Positions 7,042 to 14,288 of a DNA stretch of 26,079 nucleotides are shown here, piece after piece (the stretch's first letter is position 1; every line of letters begins with the position of its first letter). Below the pieces are notes generated by a model that had not been told where the DNA came from, ran no database searches, and saw only the letters and a program-made list of their open reading frames with translations. The stretch comes from a virus. Taxonomy: Duplodnaviria; Caudoviricetes. The DNA is taken from positions 1 to 26,079 of the IMG/VR virus record IMGVR_UViG_3300042922_001138. One strand, given 5' to 3'. Position numbers and translations under genes: made by a program.

Positions 7042-8885
7042 CCGTCCTGCGTCGGATGTAAGCCGTCACTCTGGATGAGCACACCCAACCCTCGCGGATC
7101 GCGCAGGTAGGCGTCGTAGAAGTCGAGGAACCCCCAGCGCTTGACGCCTGCCAGCGCGCGTAGCTCGTCAATTCGACGGACGTGCGCCTGACCGTAAGCG
7201 GCTTCGTTCGGCCATGCCGAAGTGTGCGGGTTCTGCCCGACAACGGCCACAGACGCGAGCGGCAGCCGGTCCTGGACTGCGGCAACCCAGTCGGCGTACG
7301 GCTTAGTCCACTGCGCGCCGCCGACCTTCGTGACCTCGTTGTGGCTGTCGTCGAAGATCTCAAGCACCTGGCCGTAGTTCGGCGTCTCGAGCTTCAACCG
7401 CGTCGCATCCGTGTGATAGGTCATGTCGCTGCCCGAACGTGAGGCATTGATGACGGTGAGCGTTGGCGAGCCGCCGATCGTTGTAGCCGAATCTCCGAAG
7501 CGCTCCCAAAGTTCCGGGAGCGCGGGAGCGATGAGGGGCCCGTTGACACCGTCGCGGATCTGAACCTCGTAAATCTTGCCGGGGAAACCGCCGCCGGACG
7601 GCTGCCAGTCCTCTGCGCCAATCTCGAGCTGAGAGACGGTGGTCGCGAACATCGCGGACGCTGCTCCGGAGAACGACTGGGTCGATCCGAGCTGAGTCCA
7701 TGTCAACGCTGCAGCGCCGAATGCGCTGTCGACTGCGGTGTAGAACTTGCAGGTCTCAGAGGTGCCCGGAACGATCTCGTTGGTCACTCGGAGCCACATC
7801 GGTGAGCCATCGCTGGGCGGCGTGACGGCTACTGACGACACCCAGTCGGCGTTCCAGCCTGTGCCGTTCTTCGACACCGCAATCCGAAGAAATCCGCTCT
7901 GAGAGAGGCGCCACCTGAACTGGTTGACGGTCGAGTAACCGGATGCCCCGTTCGGGAACTTCCGCGCGATCAGCGTCCGCTCTCCGCCGCTGCCCGGCAC
8001 CCAGGAGTCAGGTAGCACCTTCATGCGGAGGTCGAGATTGCCCGTCGTGAACGCCGTCTTGCTCGCGTCCTCGGGGTAGTAGCGAAGTGATCGGGTAGTG
8101 GTACGTACGTAGCGGGGTCCATCGGAACCTGCCTGCAACACGACAGGCGGGCGGAAGTCCTGAGTGGCGTGATCCCACGTCCGGGACTCAACTCGGATGC
8201 CTGGATAAGCGGCGGCAAGCTTCTTGGCGTACCGGGTGACCCATCGAAGATCGGCCGGGTTCGAACCGTCTGAGTCTCCAGTGGAGTCACCACGCCGTCC
8301 GAAAGCGACCGATCGCCCGGCATCGAGCGCAGACCGGAGGGCCCGGAATGCGAGGTCCGTGTCGTCCACCGACGCGGCGATCTGCCCAGCAATGGCAGCG
8401 CTTACCGCAGTCGCCGTCTTGGAGGCCGGGTTCTTGAGCAGGCCCTCGGTGATGGTGTCGTTCGTGTTCCCGACGGCCGCCGCCTCCGCTGCAGCTTCGA
8501 CGGCGGCAGCCTGCGCCGCCACCGCGTTCAGCCGAGCGAGTTCCGCCGCCTGCGCGCTGCTGGCCGCGGCACCCGCGTTCCCCGAGGCCATCGCGGCAGC
8601 CGCTTCTGCGGCGTTTGCGTAGACCGACAGCGACGTCATCGGAGTACGGAGCGACCCGGAGACGACGACGATCTGCATCGTCTGGTTTACGACCCGGAAC
8701 GCCGGGTAGATCCCGAGGTCCGAGGACCGCAGCTCGGGCATCGGCACGCCCTGCAGGTCGGTGAGCGCGAGCGGCGTGGACAGCGTCGTGTCGGCCAGGG
8801 CGTAGACCTGTGCCGTCGCATTCCTGACGGCGTTGCCGTTGCCGTCTGCGGCGAGCGTCGCCGGGAAGTAGTCGATGATCGCCAC
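6996..8885 (-). CDS. Putative receptor-binding/tailspike protein with a split SGNH(GDSL) esterase and an inserted LamG/concanavalin-like domain
   Basis: N-terminal virion-attachment-like domain and Ala-rich coil, then GDSTG (block I), a beta-rich insert ending GKIYEVQIRDG, NASRSG (II), DSHNE (III) and DGLHP (V). Last gene of the late operon, with a GAGGAG SD. Confidence 0.75.
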   Translation of the reverse strand: MAIIDYFPATLAADGNGNAVRNATAQVYALADTTLSTPLALTDLQGVPMPELRSSDLGIYPAFRVVNQTMQIVVVSGSLRTPMTSLSVYANAAEAAAAMASGNAGAAASSAQAAELARLNAVAAQAAAVEAAAEAAAVGNTNDTITEGLLKNPASKTATAVSAAIAGQIAASVDDTDLAFRALRSALDAGRSVAFGRRGDSTGDSDGSNPADLRWVTRYAKKLAAAYPGIRVESRTWDHATQDFRPPVVLQAGSDGPRYVRTTTRSLRYYPEDASKTAFTTGNLDLRMKVLPDSWVPGSGGERTLIARKFPNGASGYSTVNQFRWRLSQSGFLRIAVSKNGTGWNADWVSSVAVTPPSDGSPMWLRVTNEIVPGTSETCKFYTAVDSAFGAAALTWTQLGSTQSFSGAASAMFATTVSQLEIGAEDWQPSGGGFPGKIYEVQIRDGVNGPLIAPALPELWERFGDSATTIGGSPTLTVINASRSGSDMTYHTDATRLKLETPNYGQVLEIFDDSHNEVTKVGGAQWTKPYADWVAAVQDRLPLASVAVVGQNPHTSAWPNEAAYGQAHVRRIDELRALAGVKRWGFLDFYDAYLRDPRGLGVLIQSDGLHPTQDGYELAALVATRLTGL

Positions 8886-8919
8886 GTCGGCGCTCCTCTC
8901 GGGTCAGGGGTAGGGAGGG

Positions 8920-9306
8920 TCAGCCGAGTGCGCGGCGCGATTCGACCGCGGACTGGTAGGCGACACGGCCGACGACCTTCGGGTCGGGCAGCACGACGTC
9001 TTCGCCCTCGAGGACGCTGTCCTTCGGGACGGAGCCGAGGCCGATCTTCGTCAGCCAGCGGTTCACCTTCGGGATTGCCATAATGCGGGTCACGACGGAC
9101 GCGATCGCGACGAGCGAGGCGAGGACGCCGGTCGCCCACGCGATCCAAGATGCGGGCAGGATCTTCGCCAGCTCGGCGAGTACCTCGGGCGCGACGGCCG
9201 CGACCGCGAGGATGGCGGCGGCGATGGTCGTGGCACCGGAGATGAGCACGGCGATTGCGGTGCGCAGCACGCGCTGCGTCTTGAACCAGATCTCGGGAAC
9301 GTTCAT
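8920..9306 (-). CDS. Holin-like membrane protein
   Basis: Two TM helices and the VTRIMAIPKVNRWL motif typical of actinophage holins; lies in the lysis cassette. Confidence 0.7.
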   Translation of the reverse strand: MNVPEIWFKTQRVLRTAIAVLISGATTIAAAILAVAAVAPEVLAELAKILPASWIAWATGVLASLVAIASVVTRIMAIPKVNRWLTKIGLGSVPKDSVLEGEDVVLPDPKVVGRVAYQSAVESRRALG

Positions 9307-9321
9307 GGTGACCTCCTCAGG

Positions 9322-9828
9322 TCAGAGAGTGGTGACGGTGTCCTCGACCCCATCGGGCAGGACGTCGGTGATGCGGATCTCGAACAGTGCGGAGTCGGCG
9401 CCGGGGTCGAGCGCGATCTGCGCCCACTCGACGACCTCGGAGTACGAGATCGAGCCGGTCACTCGCGCCTTGGCTTCGAGGTACTGGATGGCCTTGCGGA
9501 GACGGTCGCGTTCGAGGACCGCCCGCTCAAGGTCGGACTGCAGACCGGGCACGAGCTTGGCGAGGCCCTTGTACGTCTCCGCCTCCGCCGACACGGTGTC
9601 GAGCAGGGTCTGATAGCGGGCGACGTCGTCGTTCGCGCGGTCGAGCAGCCGGAGGATGAGATCGTTCGCGATCTTGTTCGCCTCGTTCGCGTCGGCCGGC
9701 GTCCGGTCCTGCCGGGCGCGACGGTTCTCGCGAGCGACGCGCCACGTGAAGATGCCGGTGATCGTGAGTCCGAGTACCGACAGTCCGCCGAGAAGCATCT
9801 GCAGCGCGAACTGCAGCTCAGGGGTCAC
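9322..9828 (-). CDS. Membrane-anchored coiled-coil lysis-accessory protein
   Basis: One N-terminal TM helix followed by a charged coiled coil; between lysin and holin. Confidence 0.6.
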   Translation of the reverse strand: MTPELQFALQMLLGGLSVLGLTITGIFTWRVARENRRARQDRTPADANEANKIANDLILRLLDRANDDVARYQTLLDTVSAEAETYKGLAKLVPGLQSDLERAVLERDRLRKAIQYLEAKARVTGSISYSEVVEWAQIALDPGADSALFEIRITDVLPDGVEDTVTTL

Positions 9829-10415
9829 GTGGTTCCTCCGATGGTTCCGGCCAGATGCGCCTCCTTGCGGCGACGGTGAACGACGCTCGCGAGACGCGCG
9901 CCGAGCTGAGCGCCCGCGTAGTACGCGAACACGGTCAGCGCGACTCGATCAGCGCCGGTCGGCAGCGATGCCGACAGGACGGCCTGCGTCACGCAGTACA
10001 GGCCGATCCCGACGAGCATCATGACGATGCCAACCAGCTCGACGCCCAACCCGAACAGCGACCGACGGAGGTCGGCGCGCAGCAGCACCGGGTCGGACTG
10101 CGCCTCGCGCGCGGCGATGACGAGGCCCGTCGACGAGACGATCGCGCCGACCAGGACGAAGGCCGTCATGATCCACACGAGCACCGACCCAAGGGACGCC
10201 GCGACGACCGACGGCGTCAGCAGGAACAGCATGACCGCCCACGCCGCACCCGCCGCCTTCGCATGGAGGTGCGCGACGTCCACCCCGTTGAGCCGCTTGA
10301 ACGCGTTCAGCACCCGCCGAGGGGCGAGCACTGCCTGAGCGGCTACGAGGCGGACACGCAGGAGCACAGCACTCGCGAGAGCACGCCTCCGGCGACTCAC
10401 GCCCCCGTGCGTCAT
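9825..10415 (-). CDS. Four-TM membrane protein of the lysis cassette
   Basis: ATG 10415 overlaps the lysin stop (ATGA); about four hydrophobic helices. Confidence 0.65.
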   Translation of the reverse strand: MTHGGVSRRRRALASAVLLRVRLVAAQAVLAPRRVLNAFKRLNGVDVAHLHAKAAGAAWAVMLFLLTPSVVAASLGSVLVWIMTAFVLVGAIVSSTGLVIAAREAQSDPVLLRADLRRSLFGLGVELVGIVMMLVGIGLYCVTQAVLSASLPTGADRVALTVFAYYAGAQLGARLASVVHRRRKEAHLAGTIGGTT

Positions 10416-11293
10416 GCGGAGGGCTCGGTGCCGATCGCGAGGCGCTCGCGGTCGCGGCGGTCCTCCTCGTCGGCGTTCTTCTTCGCCATGAGTTCGAGCG
10501 TCGCGTCGTCGAACTCGATCTTGGCGGGACGAGACCCGAGGGCGTCGGCGACGGTGCGACCGATCTGCTCCTCGTCGACGTCGACCTGGATGCCGCCGCT
10601 CGCGAGCACAGCACGGACTGCGGCGGCGGTGGCCTGCGCCTGGCGCTCGACCATGAAGTCCGCCGCCTGCCAGGACAGGGCGACGGCCCATTCGGTCGCC
10701 CAGTTCATGCCGGCAGAGTCGGGGTTTTCGAAGCGTGCCTTGAGCGCACGCCACGCGTCGTCGGCCAGCGAGGTCGTGTATCCGTTCGGGAACGCGACGA
10801 CGTTGGGGGTGATGAACAGGGGTCCGGACATTTCTTCCTCCTCGATGGGGGCGGGTGCTTTCACGGCGGTAGCCGACGCGGTGCCGGCGGCGGACTGCCC
10901 GAAGTCGATCGGGTAGCCGAGGATGTCTTCGGTCCAGCCCAGGTAGGGCCGGCCGATCTGTCGCTGACGCTGATCGATCGTGCAGACGCCGATCACGCCG
11001 TTGCGGGGCCAGTCGGTCGCGAGGACCTGACCACCGCCGAGAGAGATCACGACATCACCGGCTGCGCTCGACGGCTTCCTGCCGAACCAGACCGGCACAC
11101 CGCGAGGCGGATTGCGGTCGCCGGGATGCTTCCCGCCCGACCCCTCCCACCCTGAGAACGCGGTCGGCGCCGCCTGCGAGGTGCGGGCACCGTTGCGCTT
11201 GTACGCCTGCCACACCGCCTCGAGGCAGTAGCCCGGGCGCCACGTCCGGGCTGCGACCATCGTCTGGATCGCTGCTTCTCCACTGACTGCCAT
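10412..11293 (-). CDS. Endolysin, CHAP/NlpC-P60-like N-terminal peptidase plus C-terminal domain
   Basis: GYCLEAV...PPRGVPVWF...GDVVISLGGG...ATDWP...YLGWTED pattern; first gene after the tail genes, followed by membrane proteins. Confidence 0.75.
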   Translation of the reverse strand: MAVSGEAAIQTMVAARTWRPGYCLEAVWQAYKRNGARTSQAAPTAFSGWEGSGGKHPGDRNPPRGVPVWFGRKPSSAAGDVVISLGGGQVLATDWPRNGVIGVCTIDQRQRQIGRPYLGWTEDILGYPIDFGQSAAGTASATAVKAPAPIEEEEMSGPLFITPNVVAFPNGYTTSLADDAWRALKARFENPDSAGMNWATEWAVALSWQAADFMVERQAQATAAAVRAVLASGGIQVDVDEEQIGRTVADALGSRPAKIEFDDATLELMAKKNADEEDRRDRERLAIGTEPSA

Positions 11294-11302
11294 GAGTCCT
11301 CC

Positions 11303-12220
11303 TCAGTAGCCGATCGCTGTCCACAGGAACGAGCGCACCCACGGGTTGCTGCTGCCCGGATACATCACGCGGAAACCTGCGCGGGACACGCCGTCGACTC
11401 CGGGCGCGATGGGTGGAGTGAGCGGCGAGGCGATCCCCGCGAAGACGGGCAGTACCGACACCGAGAGGATGCCGTTGGGGAACGCCTGCTCGAAGACGAT
11501 CGAGGGCATGTACTCGTTGCCGTAAAGGCTCGTGGTGCCGGCGGTGAGCATGCCGGTCTTGATCTGCAAGCCTTGGACCGCGAGCACGCCGCTGGGAACG
11601 TCGATGCCTGGGAGGGTTGCGCCCGGATTGCCGTTATGTCGTGTCTCCGCACCGGTCACCGCCCAGGACGGTGTCCCCAGCGAGTCCAACACTCGGGACC
11701 ACTCCCGTCCGCCGATGCGAACGCGCGTGCCGAGCCGATTGAGGTACTGCAGCACAAGCTCGTCCGTCGCGAACGCGCCACCGTCGCCTCCCCAGACCCG
11801 CAGGTCGATCAGCTCGCGCACCTGCGAGAAGCCCGCCTGCACCCGTGCGAGCCACAGGGGCTGATCGTCCAGCTCGGCGAACGTGGTCTCGCGCGTCGGG
11901 ATCTCTTTCGCCGATGAGCCTTGCACGACGTGGAAGGCGGAGACGTTCTCGTCCCAATCGCGCCGCATCGTGATCAGGTCCCAGCGGGAGCCGGCCGCGA
12001 CGGGCGCCAGGGTGACGGACTCCTCGGCGTCGGACGCGTCCCGGATGCCGTAGCCGAAGCCGCGGCCGGGCGAGAGCCGCACCTCACGGTCGGCGGCACC
12101 GATGGTCGCCCGCCAGGACGCCGGGTCGAGGACGCCGTACTGGCGCCCACCGGCCAGCGACAGCAGATCGGACCACTGCGGCTCGTTGACGGAGCCGTCG
12201 TACCCTGCGCTGGTGATCAT
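11303..12220 (-). CDS. Minor tail / baseplate-fibre protein
   Basis: N-terminal RWDLITMRRDW...DQPLWLARV...DLR domain typical of actinophage minor tail proteins; C-terminal F..AFPNG...FLWTAIGY fibre-tip-like domain. Confidence 0.8.
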   Translation of the reverse strand: MITSAGYDGSVNEPQWSDLLSLAGGRQYGVLDPASWRATIGAADREVRLSPGRGFGYGIRDASDAEESVTLAPVAAGSRWDLITMRRDWDENVSAFHVVQGSSAKEIPTRETTFAELDDQPLWLARVQAGFSQVRELIDLRVWGGDGGAFATDELVLQYLNRLGTRVRIGGREWSRVLDSLGTPSWAVTGAETRHNGNPGATLPGIDVPSGVLAVQGLQIKTGMLTAGTTSLYGNEYMPSIVFEQAFPNGILSVSVLPVFAGIASPLTPPIAPGVDGVSRAGFRVMYPGSSNPWVRSFLWTAIGY

Positions 12221-12222
12221 GG

Positions 12223-13362
12223 TTACCTTCTCTCGATCTCACGGACGGCCGTAGCCATGTCGCGGACGTACTCGATGAGCTGCGACTGCGGGTCGCGCGG
12301 GGCGATGCCCACGGTCGGGACGACGACGAAGCCGCTGCGGGTGTCGTGCGTGATGTCGACCTGGGAGATGACGTCCTCGAACTCGAGCGCGCCGACCTTC
12401 ACAGGCAGGCGATCGCCCAGCTCGAACGTCTCGGCGTAGCGGAACCAGGACGCCTCCTGCAACGCCGCGGTGAAGCCCGCGCTCGCCGCGTGCTTCGCGA
12501 GTGCCGCGCGACCGTACGGTTCGAGGTCGGCGCCCTCCTCGGCGTTGCGGGCGTCGACGAAGATCTCGAGCTGCGTGCCCATCTCGGCCTCGAGCGCCTC
12601 GTCGACGACGAGCAGGAACTGCCGTGCGGTGCCGTCGCCGCGGCCGCCGACGATCGCGCGCGTCGCGGTGGCGGGCTTGTTCACCCATGCCCACTGCTTG
12701 AGGACTCCGGACTGCGGTGTCACCGGGCGGGCGAATAGCTCGCCGGGGCGGACGGCCACGTCCCATCGGTTCGTGGCGCGGTCGCGGCCGATCGTGAGCT
12801 GCAGGCGGTCGGCGATGAGTGGCGGGATGATGCTCTCCGCGAGAGCGTCCATCCGCAGCTCGACGGGCGCCGAGGTGCCGAGGCCCTCGGAGGGTGCGAC
12901 GTCCCACGGTCGGCTGAGGCGGGCGGCGTTCGCGGCGATCGCGGCCAGCGCCCGGGTGTCGGACGGCGCCGTCATCCGCCAGTATTCGGCGGCGCCCTGT
13001 CCGGTGGCGGGTGCGCCGGGCACCTGCCACCCGAGGAGTGACCCGAGGTCGTCGAAGTCGTCGGCGACGGGGATGTCGATCGTCCCGAACGGCGACCCCT
13101 CCCCCGAGATCTCACCGACCCTGCCCTCGAGCAGGCGCCGCCTCGTGAGCGAGTTGCCGTTGACGGTTGCCATCCAGAGGGCGCAGCGGGCGCCGGGCTC
13201 GGTCAGCAGGTCGGAGAGCACGGGGTGCGTGTCCTTGAGGGACAGCACGGCGGTCGACACCGCGTTCCATCGGAGCGAGGCGGTCGTCTTGATCCCGATC
13301 GCCTGCCGGATGAACTCGTTGTCGCCGGTCAGGAACTCGGCGATCAGTGTCCGGCGTCGCAC
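12223..13362 (-). CDS. Minor tail protein (Gp37-like baseplate hub/Tal)
   Basis: Second gene after the tape measure; ATRAIVGGRGDGTAR, EIFVDAR and FELGD motifs; GTG overlaps the upstream TAG. Confidence 0.82.
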   Translation of the reverse strand: MRRRTLIAEFLTGDNEFIRQAIGIKTTASLRWNAVSTAVLSLKDTHPVLSDLLTEPGARCALWMATVNGNSLTRRRLLEGRVGEISGEGSPFGTIDIPVADDFDDLGSLLGWQVPGAPATGQGAAEYWRMTAPSDTRALAAIAANAARLSRPWDVAPSEGLGTSAPVELRMDALAESIIPPLIADRLQLTIGRDRATNRWDVAVRPGELFARPVTPQSGVLKQWAWVNKPATATRAIVGGRGDGTARQFLLVVDEALEAEMGTQLEIFVDARNAEEGADLEPYGRAALAKHAASAGFTAALQEASWFRYAETFELGDRLPVKVGALEFEDVISQVDITHDTRSGFVVVPTVGIAPRDPQSQLIEYVRDMATAVREIERR

Positions 13363-14279
13363 TAGAACGCCCTCCAATACAGCGGGGTGTGCGATGCGCG
13401 CACCGTCCCGGACCCGGAGGTGCCGATGACGAGTGGTGTGACGCCGCGTGCGGGGATGGGAGCGAAGATCTGGAACCCGAGTGCCTTAGCGCAGTCGACG
13501 CCGTTCAGCGTCGCGTACTGGCTCGACGGGTCCGTGTTGATCACGAGCACGTCGCCGGCCGTGAGCGCGAACGGGATCTCGATCAGCGCCTCGCCGAAGC
13601 CGAGCTTCGCGCCCGCCTCGAACTCGTCGCTCAGCGTCCAGGTCAGATAGCTCGGCTCGTCCCCCGGGTTCCGGATCTCGGCGTTCTGGAACGACGACCC
13701 GGGCGTGATGTGGAACGGCGGACCCCCACCCTCCGGGATGAATGGGGTCGACTTCGGTCCCTCGAACTTCCGGGACACCTCGCGGCCACGCCAGAGCGGC
13801 CGCGGTGCGAGCAACTCCACGCCGATCAGCGCATGCCCGGTCACGAACGGGTCGTGATCGAACGAGTAAGACCCGTCGAACGACCCGGTCAGGGGCAGAC
13901 TTCGCGCGAGGTCGCCATCGCCGACGGTCCACGTCCCCTCGAGGATCGGGTGGAACGAGTCGAAGAACCCCGCGTGATCCGCCTCCCACAGATCCGCGGA
14001 CGCCGCCCGGAACATGAGCGGCCAGTACACCGGCCGCGCGGGCAGCTCGTACCCGGTGAGTTCAACACCGGGTACGAGCGGCGACGACGACGAGTGCACC
14101 TGCATCGGGGGCATGTGCAGCCCCTTCACGCCGGGCGCCATCCGCGGATTCGGGTTCCCGGGCCGTGTGAGCTGCCACTCCGAGCCATCGAAGCCGACCC
14201 ACTTCATCGGCCGGTTCGACGCGCGGGCGACTGCCGCGGCCTCCGGCGGGGTCAGCGGCGACGACAGGATGATGGTCAA
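13362..14279 (-). CDS. Distal tail protein (Dit)
   Basis: Directly after the tape measure; GLHMPP, APRPLWRG and NPGDEPSY motifs. Confidence 0.82.
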   Translation of the reverse strand: MTIILSSPLTPPEAAAVARASNRPMKWVGFDGSEWQLTRPGNPNPRMAPGVKGLHMPPMQVHSSSSPLVPGVELTGYELPARPVYWPLMFRAASADLWEADHAGFFDSFHPILEGTWTVGDGDLARSLPLTGSFDGSYSFDHDPFVTGHALIGVELLAPRPLWRGREVSRKFEGPKSTPFIPEGGGPPFHITPGSSFQNAEIRNPGDEPSYLTWTLSDEFEAGAKLGFGEALIEIPFALTAGDVLVINTDPSSQYATLNGVDCAKALGFQIFAPIPARGVTPLVIGTSGSGTVRASHTPLYWRAF

Positions 14280-14288
14280 CTCGGCCTC

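Noticed and set aside
6996-12220. Diversity-generating retroelement or invertible tail-fibre switch
   Set aside because: No reverse transcriptase, invertase or TR/VR duplicate seen by eye; a self dot-plot would confirm.
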